The position numbers and the translations under genes are program-made. The notes under the pieces were generated by a model that did no database searches, was not told the origin of the DNA, and worked only from the letters and a program-made list of their open reading frames with translations. Positions 8,407-17,739 of a stretch of DNA of 42,647 nt are shown one piece after another. Each line of letters opens with the position of its first letter. Position 1 is the stretch's first letter. This DNA is from Candidatus Uhrbacteria bacterium (GTDB lineage: Bacteria; Patescibacteriota; Patescibacteriia; UBA9934): positions 1 to 42,647 of the forward strand of contig JABJOE010000004.1 in NCBI GenBank assembly GCA_018664485.1, given 5' to 3'.

Positions 8407-10494
8407 CTATTGATCTCGCGAGAAAATAAAGATAGTAATTTCATTCTGACTGTCACCGACTCGAAGCCAAGAGTCGGCTTCTTGTTTTGCGGCTTCTGAA
8501 ATGCGGCTTGAGTCCCACCAGTAGTCATTTAAAACGAAGAAACCAAGATCTACGCCTGCGAGGTCCATTGCATCAATCATTGTCTCACGCGTAGGGTCGA
8601 CGTCTGCCATTTGCAGGTACTTTGAGTAGAGTTCTCCTCCGGTTGGGATTGGGTAATAGAAAATATCTTCATGGTAATACTGCGCAAATCCATAGAGTTC
8701 AAGTGCCGCTGCTGACACCGCTTGGTTGGCAAGTACTATGTATTGTTGGTCGCCTCCCATGTCGTTTATAGTTGTTGCAGCATCAAAGTCGGTTGTACTT
8801 ACGTTGAATCCGGCAGACCTAGCGTAGTTGTCATTGCGCGGGAATGCTCCATAGATACCCGAGCTTATAGTCAGGGTGAGGAGTACGGTGAAACCGAGTC
8901 GCAGAGCGCGTGCACGATTTTGTAAAATAGAAAAAATTCCATCGATCGCAAAACCGACATGCGGTATCAAAAATAGGAGGCTGATAGTTAGGAGGCGTTG
9001 CGCGTAATTTGTTCTTTCGTATTCAATAAGAAAATCAAACTGAAGTGTGAGCGTTAATATAAAGTAGTTGATCATCCACAGCACGACCATGAGTAGGGGC
9101 AGATGGATGCGGGCACCGGCATGACGTTTTATGAGCAGTATGGCACCAGCCATTGCAAGTACGAGACTGATCCAAAGCTGATTGTCGATAAAGAGATAGA
9201 GGCCGTCAAAAATACTTGAGAATTGATTGCGCCAGAAGCCAGTTAGATTAAGCTGATCCCACGCAAGATCTTGCAGCGAGAAAGAGATAAGTAGACCTGA
9301 CAGTGATGCCTGAATGAGAAATACTGCAGGAATGATGATAGCGCTCACAGTAGCGATTGGTGCAAGAAGGCTACCTTGTATTACGTTTGCGTGACGATTA
9401 GCCACGACCCATACGCAGAGTGTATATAGACATGCCGGGATACCGGCAAGTGGATGTGTAATGAGCGCTGCGAAGGCCAATAGACCGAGTAGAAGTCGTG
9501 GAGGTTGATGCTCGGTGCGTGCGAGTATTGGCAGGGAAAGAAGTATCAGTACTCCGGTAAATATGTAGGCAAGTGCTTGTGGGGTAGTTGAAATAAATAC
9601 TCCAAGCGGTAGAAGGAAAAGGGAGATCGCTGCCCAACCTTTGCCGGAAGCCGTTTGCGCAAATCCATAGATTCCAGCAGCTGACAGTAGTATGGCCCCC
9701 AAAATTGGTACGAGTACTGCATCTATCAGATAGATCGGTACTGAAAAAACCATTGATGATATCAACTCAAGTGCGTATTGGCCTATATAGTAAAAAGGTT
9801 TTGGTGTTATTGTTCCAAATTCAGCAATGTGGGAAATCGTTGTTCTGTGAATGAATGGGTCAAAACCATATCCTAATGAATATGTGAGCGTTGGCACTAT
9901 CCACACACTTAACAGAATAGAACCAAAAAGGGCGAAGCGGAGTCGGTTTGAAAGGAAAGGGGAGATTGTAATACTTAAGATGATAGCAATGGCGAGGCTG
10001 ATAATGCTACCGGGATCTGCTATTAGCCATACGGACCTTATAGCTTGAGTGATATCTATTGGTGCGATCGCATTCCACCATGCTGCGATACATATAATTA
10101 TGGCAATCAGTGCGGTCCATGTAAGGAAGTTTCCATTAAAGCCTTCTTCTTTTGCAGCAGATCCACCTCGCGCCATCCATGCACCTATGCATAGTGTCAG
10201 TAGACATAAAACGAAAAGCATCCATGACTGTACTATACTGATATAGTAAATGGCAGCTCCTCCGATAGCTAAAAGGGCAATGACAGCACTAAGGCCAACA
10301 CCCATTTGGATGAGAGTGTCTTTATCTTTTATGAGACGTGAGCCAAAGAGAGCTCCTGCGCATATGAGGAATATAACCAAACACAGCCCACCGATTGCTG
10401 CATTTTGCACACTCAATTGATTGAGTCCGGCCATCATAAGGGAGAGAACCCCGACAGAAAACCATTTGCCTTTTTTTACCAATGAGAGCACCAT
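8407..10494 (-). CDS. Large polytopic membrane protein, possible GT-C-fold glycosyltransferase; start uncertain (10494, 10512 or 10533)
   Basis: ~695-aa ORF with many TM segments, GFDPFIH loop motif, small soluble C-terminal domain; lies in the glycosylation cluster. Confidence 0.65.
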   Translation of the reverse strand: MVLSLVKKGKWFSVGVLSLMMAGLNQLSVQNAAIGGLCLVIFLICAGALFGSRLIKDKDTLIQMGVGLSAVIALLAIGGAAIYYISIVQSWMLFVLCLLTLCIGAWMARGGSAAKEEGFNGNFLTWTALIAIIICIAAWWNAIAPIDITQAIRSVWLIADPGSIISLAIAIILSITISPFLSNRLRFALFGSILLSVWIVPTLTYSLGYGFDPFIHRTTISHIAEFGTITPKPFYYIGQYALELISSMVFSVPIYLIDAVLVPILGAILLSAAGIYGFAQTASGKGWAAISLFLLPLGVFISTTPQALAYIFTGVLILLSLPILARTEHQPPRLLLGLLAFAALITHPLAGIPACLYTLCVWVVANRHANVIQGSLLAPIATVSAIIIPAVFLIQASLSGLLISFSLQDLAWDQLNLTGFWRNQFSSIFDGLYLFIDNQLWISLVLAMAGAILLIKRHAGARIHLPLLMVVLWMINYFILTLTLQFDFLIEYERTNYAQRLLTISLLFLIPHVGFAIDGIFSILQNRARALRLGFTVLLTLTISSGIYGAFPRNDNYARSAGFNVSTTDFDAATTINDMGGDQQYIVLANQAVSAAALELYGFAQYYHEDIFYYPIPTGGELYSKYLQMADVDPTRETMIDAMDLAGVDLGFFVLNDYWWDSSRISEAAKQEADSWLRVGDSQNEITIFIFSRDQ

Positions 10495-10509
10495 ATATAC
10501 AGATATTCT

Positions 10510-11085
10510 ATGCATAAACGCGATCCGGAGCAACTATTTCCGCATGACAAATTAATAAGGCCGTTTCTCGCCGTTATACCCAGGGCGGTACATCCAAACC
10601 ACGTTACGATTCTCCGCATGATTCTGACGCCGGTTGTTTTGTATTTTTTGTTTAAGCAGAATTATAATATTGGAGTTCCGCTGTTCGTGGTGACCGCGAT
10701 GACTGATGCACTTGATGGAACGCTTGCACGTGTGCGTAAACAGATTACTCGATGGGGTACATTCTACGATCCGATTGCAGACAAGATGTTAATTGGTTCA
10801 GTTATTATTTTGATTCTGCTCCAGCATGTGAACCCGCTGATTGCGTTTAGTGTAATTGGTGTTGAGATATTGATGATGGCTGGTGGGTGGTATCAGCGCC
10901 GCCGCGGTATAGTTGTGACAGCAAACATTTGGGGGAAGGTAAAGATGATTCTGGAATTTACCGGTGTGCTTCTTTTGCTGATTTCACTTTGGCTCGGTGT
11001 GGATTTATTTGTGGAGTTGTCAGAGGGGACTTTGATACTCGCGATTATCTTTGCGGTTATTGCATTGCTTACGTATAGCTTGTGA
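10510..11085 (+). CDS. CDP-alcohol phosphatidyltransferase (PgsA-like)
   Basis: PNHVTILR and DALDGTLAR...G.FYDPIADK signature. Confidence 0.9.
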   Translation: MHKRDPEQLFPHDKLIRPFLAVIPRAVHPNHVTILRMILTPVVLYFLFKQNYNIGVPLFVVTAMTDALDGTLARVRKQITRWGTFYDPIADKMLIGSVIILILLQHVNPLIAFSVIGVEILMMAGGWYQRRRGIVVTANIWGKVKMILEFTGVLLLLISLWLGVDLFVELSEGTLILAIIFAVIALLTYSL

Positions 11086-12701
11086 TCGTATCCTGGAAAT
11101 CATTTATAAGAATTTTCGTACCACTAGTTTTTTTTGTGTCCACGCTAGGTTTTGCGCTTAGCGTTCCCTCAGACGTTTATATTTCTCCGGATGAAAGTGC
11201 TAATGCGTTATTTTCAGAATTGTTTGCAAGCGAACAGAGGCTTTGGACAACGGAAGAATTGAATATTCCGCTCGATGGAATCATTCATCCTAGATCTATT
11301 GTTGCCATTGAGGATAAGTCGGTTCCTGTAAGCTTTTTGGGACTCCCAGTTTTGTACGGAACATTTGCCGCGGTATTAGGTTCTTGGGTTTTAGTTTTTC
11401 TCACACCGGTCCTCGCTCTTTTATCTGTCCTTGCGTGGAGGGCTACTGTGAAAAAACTTTGGAAGGATGATTTGCTTGCAGATCTGTCGGCATTGGCTCT
11501 GATGATTCACCCGGCATTCTGGTATTACAGTTCTCGCGGGTTCATGCACAATATATTGTTCACGGCACTTCTTATATTCGCAGCATGGTTTTGGATCGTA
11601 AAGCCGTTGTATGGGTCTGATCGTAATGCGTCATTTGATGTTATAGCAAGTGGGGCTTGTATTGGTTTAGCACTTGCAACGCGTGGGTCTGAGCTTATAT
11701 GGATGGGGGTGGCGATCGTTGGTTTGTTCTATGTGTCACGTAAGGCTCTTAGTTTTCAAAAAATTATACTGTTTGCCGTTGGGTTGTCGGTCGCTCTTTT
11801 GCCATTTGCCGGTTTGCAAAATGCTATATACGGATCGCCATTGAGCGTTGGTTATACAGTTGAGAGTACTGAGGTTGCGGTAGTTGAGGATAACTCACAG
11901 GAAGATGCTTCGACGTTTGATCAGTGGGTTGAGGGTTCATCACTTGGATCAATTCTGCTTCCATTTGGTATTCATGAAAGAAATATTTTAAACAATGTTC
12001 TTAATTACGGTTTACTACTTTATCCGTGGATGACGTTGTTGGCATTAGCCGGAGCGTTGCTGCTTGCGAGAAATAAAGAGTACAGGCGTTATATTCTGTT
12101 GACGTTATTTGTAGGTATTTGGCTTTTGATTGTTTACGGTAGCTGGTCGTTCAATGACAACCCAGATCCGTCAGCTATCACTATTGGAGATTCTCATGTC
12201 CGCTACTGGCTTCCATTATTTGTTTTGATGACACCGTTTGTCGCGCACCTCTTCAGCTATGCTGTGAAGTCACGCCATACTTTGCAGAAGGTTTCTATAC
12301 TTACGATAATTTTGTGCATCTTGCTATCAGGCCAGTTGGTATTCTTTGGAAAGGATGGTGTTCTTGCTGCTCGCACAAATTTACATGAAGCATCTCAAAA
12401 ACGTGAGATCATTTTGGAAAATACAGATGATGATGGAATTATTGTAGTTGACTACGCAGATAAATATTTGTTCCCGGATCGTCGAGTTGTAATACCATTG
12501 CGTGACGACAGTACCTACGCTGCTATGCCTGAGATGGTGCTGCTCACAAGCTTGTATTATTTTGGAATCACATTCCCGCAGACCGATATGGATTATCTTA
12601 ATGGTGAAAAGCTTGGTGACATGGGGTTACGGATTGATCCAATTGTTACAACGGGGGAGGAGACTTTGTATCAGATTAGAATGACAGATACAGAATTTTG
12701 A
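11082..12701 (+). CDS. GT-C (ArnT/PMT-like) membrane glycosyltransferase, putative
   Basis: N-terminal SPDE acidic loop motif, multiple TM segments, RYWLP motif, C-terminal extracytoplasmic domain. Confidence 0.65.
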   Translation: MIVSWKSFIRIFVPLVFFVSTLGFALSVPSDVYISPDESANALFSELFASEQRLWTTEELNIPLDGIIHPRSIVAIEDKSVPVSFLGLPVLYGTFAAVLGSWVLVFLTPVLALLSVLAWRATVKKLWKDDLLADLSALALMIHPAFWYYSSRGFMHNILFTALLIFAAWFWIVKPLYGSDRNASFDVIASGACIGLALATRGSELIWMGVAIVGLFYVSRKALSFQKIILFAVGLSVALLPFAGLQNAIYGSPLSVGYTVESTEVAVVEDNSQEDASTFDQWVEGSSLGSILLPFGIHERNILNNVLNYGLLLYPWMTLLALAGALLLARNKEYRRYILLTLFVGIWLLIVYGSWSFNDNPDPSAITIGDSHVRYWLPLFVLMTPFVAHLFSYAVKSRHTLQKVSILTIILCILLSGQLVFFGKDGVLAARTNLHEASQKREIILENTDDDGIIVVDYADKYLFPDRRVVIPLRDDSTYAAMPEMVLLTSLYYFGITFPQTDMDYLNGEKLGDMGLRIDPIVTTGEETLYQIRMTDTEF

Positions 12702-12703
12702 GT

Positions 12704-14170
12704 ATGAAGATTTTTCGTTTACTCACACAATTTGTAATCATTGCAGTTCCGGTTGTTTTGTTTTTATGGTTGCTTGTCATTGACATAGCCCCGTCAGGCG
12801 AGCGATATGTGACGTGGGGAGTTGATGAGCCGTCGCCGTTCATTGATAGACTATTGCCAGATCAAAGACTTCTTGAAGGGCAGACTACGGCGCAAGGTGA
12901 ACTGTACGTATCAATCATTGATGAGCCTGTGTATTTCGGTATGCACCTCCCACATACTGATTTTGATGAAATGGAAGTTGCTTTAACATTTAAAAATGAT
13001 GATCAGCCAATTGTTGAGCTCGGTTCTTTAGTTGATATTCAGTCACAGTCATATGATTTACGTCCACTGCATAATCGTATTATTGATGAGTTGGACTGGG
13101 AGGTACTTGAGTCGGATGGAGCATATTTATATCAACGGGCGGGAAATTATGCCTCAATTGATGAGTTTGTAGAGAGCCCACCAGAGCGCTCAACGGTCGC
13201 CGTGTATCATGCTGACCTTGAAACGCCATATCGTATGGAGAGCTATCAGCAGTTGGGAGTATCTCAAACATTCGACGTTTCGCTTCGTGGATATCACAAA
13301 TACGTTACGTATATTAAGGATGAAACCTTTGATTTAGCTGTATCTTGGATGGACATGAACCGCACGGCTGGCGCTGATGAAGGGGCTGTTAGACTCCGTA
13401 ATGAAGACGGAGATGTGTTGTATGAGCATTTTTTCGACGACGATGAGAATATAACTGAGAATCAGGTGAGTGACGATGGATATGCGCGGATTACTTATCC
13501 GGATTTGCCCGAGGGTGTATATAGTGTTGAGTTATCTGGAACGAGTGATATTTTCTGGCGAGCTATTACAACTACGCAGCGATATGTGTCGTTTGTAAAC
13601 AAGATCAATCTGGGTGACGATGTTGGTCATTTAGCTCAACCACGAGCAACTACGTTTTATACAAATGCAAAACATTTAACGGCACAAACATTACACGCTG
13701 ACGCCACGCAACGTATTACAGTTGGGTCTGGTGTAATTGTTGTAGATGAAACGCATAGAAAAATGTTTCACGATGTTGATGATCTCGGGGTTGTGTCTGG
13801 ATTAAGTCCGGTGGGAGATATTGAAATTGTGGGAGATGGAAAGTTTGCTTTTTCACAAGCCGCTTTCTTTGATCCAGATCCGATCTCAATGAACGCATAT
13901 TCCGATGTTGATGTTCAGGGAATCGATTACGTTCTCACAACTTATGAGTCTCCGTTGCAGGTTGGCGATTGGCTTGTTGCAAGCGGATTATTTGATCTGG
14001 CTTCACTTCGATCTTTGGATGAATTGAAGATGACGGTTTCCGTGCCAGGTATCGAAACGTTCCAGGGAGTTGTGGATGTCACAGCTATCGATGCTACTTT
14101 TATCCGTGAGACGCTGGACGTACGCGGATTCTTGTCAGCCGTTCGTGAGCTTTTACCATTCGGTCTATGA
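12704..14170 (+). CDS. Membrane-anchored acidic extracytoplasmic hypothetical protein
   Basis: Long ORF, single N-terminal TM, beta-rich acidic body; ATG 12704 preferred over TTG 12698. Confidence 0.75.
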   Translation: MKIFRLLTQFVIIAVPVVLFLWLLVIDIAPSGERYVTWGVDEPSPFIDRLLPDQRLLEGQTTAQGELYVSIIDEPVYFGMHLPHTDFDEMEVALTFKNDDQPIVELGSLVDIQSQSYDLRPLHNRIIDELDWEVLESDGAYLYQRAGNYASIDEFVESPPERSTVAVYHADLETPYRMESYQQLGVSQTFDVSLRGYHKYVTYIKDETFDLAVSWMDMNRTAGADEGAVRLRNEDGDVLYEHFFDDDENITENQVSDDGYARITYPDLPEGVYSVELSGTSDIFWRAITTTQRYVSFVNKINLGDDVGHLAQPRATTFYTNAKHLTAQTLHADATQRITVGSGVIVVDETHRKMFHDVDDLGVVSGLSPVGDIEIVGDGKFAFSQAAFFDPDPISMNAYSDVDVQGIDYVLTTYESPLQVGDWLVASGLFDLASLRSLDELKMTVSVPGIETFQGVVDVTAIDATFIRETLDVRGFLSAVRELLPFGL

Positions 14171-14517
14171 GCGATATATTAAAAACCGGTTTCCACACAT
14201 CGTTACTTTCATACGCATTGTTTTTCTTTGCTGATTACATGCGGCCAGGATTTGTAAGCATCACGTTTTCAGTACATTGGTTTTTACTAACCGCTATTAT
14301 ATTCGGAATTCTGTGGACATTTGCAGCAGACCGCGCAAAATCAGAAAAATTCCTTGGAAGAATGTGGCGATGGATATGGCAGCTTGTGTTTGGATTACTT
14401 TTATTCATGATGGTGTGGCAGGCTATGTCTAGTGCAGGTGACTTGCGTATTTTCGTAGCTTTGGTAGGCTTTTTATTACCTTGGATTGTTATTAGATTAC
14501 TTTCATATGAGCGTTGA
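14167..14517 (+). CDS. Small 4-TM hypothetical membrane protein
   Basis: ATGA overlap with upstream gene; hydrophobic segments. Confidence 0.7.
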   Translation: MSDILKTGFHTSLLSYALFFFADYMRPGFVSITFSVHWFLLTAIIFGILWTFAADRAKSEKFLGRMWRWIWQLVFGLLLFMMVWQAMSSAGDLRIFVALVGFLLPWIVIRLLSYER

Positions 14518-14914
14518 TTGTCTATTTTGTAAAATTATTGCAGGCGAAGTTCCTTCGTATAAAATCTACGAAGATCAAAATGTTTGTGCATTTTTAAATA
14601 TATACCCGTACTCAAAGGGTCACACATTAATTATTCCGAAAGAACATTCAGAGGATTTGACGGCTGCGAGTAAAGAGTCTGCTTTGTATGTGATGGGGGT
14701 ATTGCATGATATTGCTCCTAAGATTGTAGATGCGCTTGGTGCTACTGGATACAATTTGGGAATGAATCACGGAGCTGACGCAGGTCAACTTATTTTCCAC
14801 ACACATCTGCATGTTATTCCACGATATAAAAACGACGAACGTAAGTTTGAAAAATTGGATGTCACACCCGAGGAGCTCGAGGTTGTCGCGGAGCAGATTC
14901 GTGCGAAGATATAG
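14507..14914 (+). CDS. HIT family nucleotide hydrolase
   Basis: CLFCKII N-terminus, GHTLIIPKEH, AGQLIFHTHLHVIPR histidine triad; ATG 14507. Confidence 0.93.
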   Translation: MSVDCLFCKIIAGEVPSYKIYEDQNVCAFLNIYPYSKGHTLIIPKEHSEDLTAASKESALYVMGVLHDIAPKIVDALGATGYNLGMNHGADAGQLIFHTHLHVIPRYKNDERKFEKLDVTPEELEVVAEQIRAKI

Positions 14915-14946
14915 TCTACGAAATAGATTGTGCTAGAGGAATTTGT

Positions 14947-15705
14947 ATGAAATTGAAATATCTTTGCTTAAATTTGTGGCAGGGCGGAAATAACATGGAT
15001 GATATTTTGGCTTTTATAAAAAAGGAAGATCCTGACGTTCTGGCTTTGCAAGAAGTTTACGATGGACATGATCTGTCTTGGGAGAGGAAATTTCGGTCCA
15101 TGGACGTTCTGCGTGATGCATTGGATTATTCACATGAACATTTCGCCCCTGCCTTTTTAGAACGTACTGAATTTGGAAAAGTAGAACAGGGTAATGCTGT
15201 TTTTTCAAGACACCCCATAGATAATACGTCTGTTGTATTTTTCGATCAGCCTTATGGCGAGCGAGAGGATGCGCCAGGATATTACAAGACAACACCAAGA
15301 AATTTACAGCGTGTAGATATTCTTGTACCGGAAGGACCGTTGTCTATCTTTAATACTCAAGGAATTTGGGGGACCCATGGGGATGATTCAGATCGACGTT
15401 TAGCAATGGGTAGAACTATAGCTCGCGAAATTTCAAAAACAGATAAATATATTTTGGGAGGAGATTTCAACGTTAAAGAGGGCACAAAGACCGTTGGGCT
15501 AATCGAAGAGTTTGGCGAAAATGTCTTCTCCGGATCGTTAAAATCAAGTTTTAATTTACGGGAAAAGAAGGATCCTGGCTTTGCTGTTGCTGTAGTTGAT
15601 ATGGTTTTTTCGAGCTCAAACGTAAAAGTTATAGAAAAGTCTTGCCCAGACATAGATGTGTCTGATCATTTGCCACTTATTGTTACATTTGAAGCGGTTT
15701 CTTAG
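14947..15705 (+). CDS. Endonuclease/exonuclease/phosphatase (EEP) family protein
   Basis: LALQEV, GNAVFSR, GGDFN, SDHLP motifs. Confidence 0.9.
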   Translation: MKLKYLCLNLWQGGNNMDDILAFIKKEDPDVLALQEVYDGHDLSWERKFRSMDVLRDALDYSHEHFAPAFLERTEFGKVEQGNAVFSRHPIDNTSVVFFDQPYGEREDAPGYYKTTPRNLQRVDILVPEGPLSIFNTQGIWGTHGDDSDRRLAMGRTIAREISKTDKYILGGDFNVKEGTKTVGLIEEFGENVFSGSLKSSFNLREKKDPGFAVAVVDMVFSSSNVKVIEKSCPDIDVSDHLPLIVTFEAVS

Positions 15706-15708
15706 CGG

Positions 15709-15737
15709 TTGACGCTAGACGAAAGAATGGTTAAAGT
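15709..15737 (+). promoter_or_regulatory. sigma70-type promoter of rfbB
   Basis: TTGACG-17 nt-TAAAGT, 9 nt before ATG 15747. Confidence 0.6.
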
Positions 15738-15746
15738 CTCTTTAAT

Positions 15747-16757
15747 ATGAAGATACTTGTTACAGGCGGTTGTGGATTTATAGGCTCTCATTTTATTAGG
15801 GCCGTTTTTAAGCAGCGTCCGGATTGGGAGGTTGTTAACTTGGATGCGCTTACGTATGCGGGTAGTCTCGCAAATACGATAGATATTCAGACTCACCCTC
15901 GTTATAGGTTTGTATACGGCTCAATCATAGATAAGAATCTTGTCGACACACTCGTTGCCGAGGTAGACGCGGTTGTGAACTTTGCTGCTGAAACCCACGT
16001 TGATCGATCATTGATGGACAACGAGCCATTCATTATGACAAACATTTTAGGCGTGCAACGTTTGATTGACGCTTGCGTTAAACACGGAAAGCGTTTTCAT
16101 CATGTGAGTACCGACGAAGTGTTTGGATCTTTAGGACCACAAGACGAACGGTTTCATGAAGAGACTCCATATGCTCCGAAGAATCCGTACTCAGCTACAA
16201 AGGCGGCGTCTGACCATCTTGTGCGCGCTGCAGTACACTCACATGCACTTCGAGGGACAATTTCAAACTGTACAAACAACTACGGATCATTCCTGTATCC
16301 CGAAAAGTTTTTGGCAATCGCAATTACAAATATTATTGAAGGGAAGCCAATTAGCATTCAGGGTGACGGTAAACAGATTCGTGACTGGATTCATGCAGCG
16401 GATCATGGCGCTGGTATTCTTGCTATTTTGGAGCGTGGACAGATTGGTCACACGTACATGATGGGAGGAGATTGTGAAATGAACATTGCCGACACTGCGC
16501 GTTTAGTTTTGAAGGTGATGGGTGCGAAGGATGATATGTTGCAGTTTGGAAAAGATCGACCTGGACAGGACCGACGGTACGCAATTCAATTTGGAAAAAT
16601 AGAAAACGAACTTGGATGGACACCTTCCCGTACTTTTGAAGAAGGTTTGGAGGAGATGGTACAGTGGTACCGAGAGAATGAATATTGGTGGAAGCCAATT
16701 AAGCAGAGTAGTGGGTATAGAAAGTGGTACGAAGCTCAGATAGGAGGATTAGTCTAA
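15747..16757 (+). CDS. rfbB: dTDP-glucose 4,6-dehydratase (RmlB)
   Basis: GGCGFIGS, DALTYAG, AAETHVDRS, STDEVFG, YSATKA, RDWIH, DRPGQDRRY. Confidence 0.95.
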   Translation: MKILVTGGCGFIGSHFIRAVFKQRPDWEVVNLDALTYAGSLANTIDIQTHPRYRFVYGSIIDKNLVDTLVAEVDAVVNFAAETHVDRSLMDNEPFIMTNILGVQRLIDACVKHGKRFHHVSTDEVFGSLGPQDERFHEETPYAPKNPYSATKAASDHLVRAAVHSHALRGTISNCTNNYGSFLYPEKFLAIAITNIIEGKPISIQGDGKQIRDWIHAADHGAGILAILERGQIGHTYMMGGDCEMNIADTARLVLKVMGAKDDMLQFGKDRPGQDRRYAIQFGKIENELGWTPSRTFEEGLEEMVQWYRENEYWWKPIKQSSGYRKWYEAQIGGLV

Positions 16758-16877
16758 ACGTTCAGATCTGGGTCATTGTCGGCTTACGGGTCCCGACAGA
16801 CTTCGTCAACGTACGTATGAGTACGTTTCCTGGTCTGTCACCCGCGCACCGAAACTAACCACATATCTGAACGTTTA
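16755..16877. repeat. Dispersed structured repeat copy 2, with perfect 13-bp terminal inverted repeat
   Basis: TAAACGTTCAGAT (16755-16767) / ATCTGAACGTTTA (16865-16877) enclose the core 16777-16854 homologous to 4-80. Confidence 0.85.
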
Positions 16878-17025
16878 TGCGCCGCGGCTTCCCACCGATT
16901 TCTCTGCGCCTAGAACTGAACTCAAGTGCGTAAATCTATATGGTTATTAGTTGGTTCTGTCATCGCTGCTAATCAGTCGTAATTTCCTATACCAATCCTC
17001 TTCGAGGCCGTAGAGGGTTTAGTAC

Positions 17026-17149
17026 TTGGGCCATTATCGGCTTACGGGTCCCGACAGGCTTCGTTTATGCGTGGAGAGTATCCGGCGAAGCCGGACCAGG
17101 CTTCGCCTGGCGGCTCCTCGTCGTTTTCCCTACGCCTAAAATGACCTAA
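17026..17149. repeat. Structured repeat copy 3 (shared 5' half, different interior with twin GCGAAGC hairpins)
   Basis: TCGGCTTACGGGTCCCGACAG.CTTCGT shared with copy 2; closing stem TTGGGCCATT/AATGACCTAA; TCCGGCGAAGCCGGA and CCAGGCTTCGCCTGG inside. Confidence 0.75.
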
Positions 17150-17166
17150 ATAGATTGGTATATTGT

Positions 17167-17709
17167 ATGAAAAAAATTGAGACTCCCGTTAAGGACCTAT
17201 ATATCATCGAACCCGAAGTCTATTCTGACGAGCGGGGTTATTTTTATGAGCCGTTTAATGCGGATAAATTTAAGAAGATTGGAATCCATAACGAATTTCG
17301 TCAGGCTAGTCAGTCGTTTTCTCGCCAAGGAGTATTGCGTGGTTTCCACTTTCAGAAGTCTCCAAAACCAATGGCAAAGCTGGTGCGCTGTTCGTCAGGT
17401 CGTCTATGGGATGTTGCTGTAGATTTACGTTCAGATTCTCCAACTTATCGTAAGTGGTTTGGTTTGGAGCTATCACAAGACAATCATAAAATGCTATTTA
17501 TTCCTGCTGGATTTGGACATGGTTTCTACGCACTCACTGATTGCGTTCTGAATTATCTAAACTCCAATACATTCGACGGAACGCTCGATGCGGGTATCGC
17601 TTGGGATGATCCTTCGATCGATGTTAAGTGGCCACTCACCGCAAGTCCATCGTTATCACAAAAAGATCAGACATTACCTCTGCTAAAAGATATAGATTTA
17701 GTTTGGTAG
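17167..17709 (+). CDS. rfbC: dTDP-4-dehydrorhamnose 3,5-epimerase (RmlC)
   Basis: DERGYF, GVLRGFHFQ, AKLVRC, DVAVDLR, IPAGFGHGF, LSQKD; ATG 17167. Confidence 0.95.
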   Translation: MKKIETPVKDLYIIEPEVYSDERGYFYEPFNADKFKKIGIHNEFRQASQSFSRQGVLRGFHFQKSPKPMAKLVRCSSGRLWDVAVDLRSDSPTYRKWFGLELSQDNHKMLFIPAGFGHGFYALTDCVLNYLNSNTFDGTLDAGIAWDDPSIDVKWPLTASPSLSQKDQTLPLLKDIDLVW

Positions 17710-17739
17710 ATATTTATAAGAGACTTTCATTGAGTAAAT

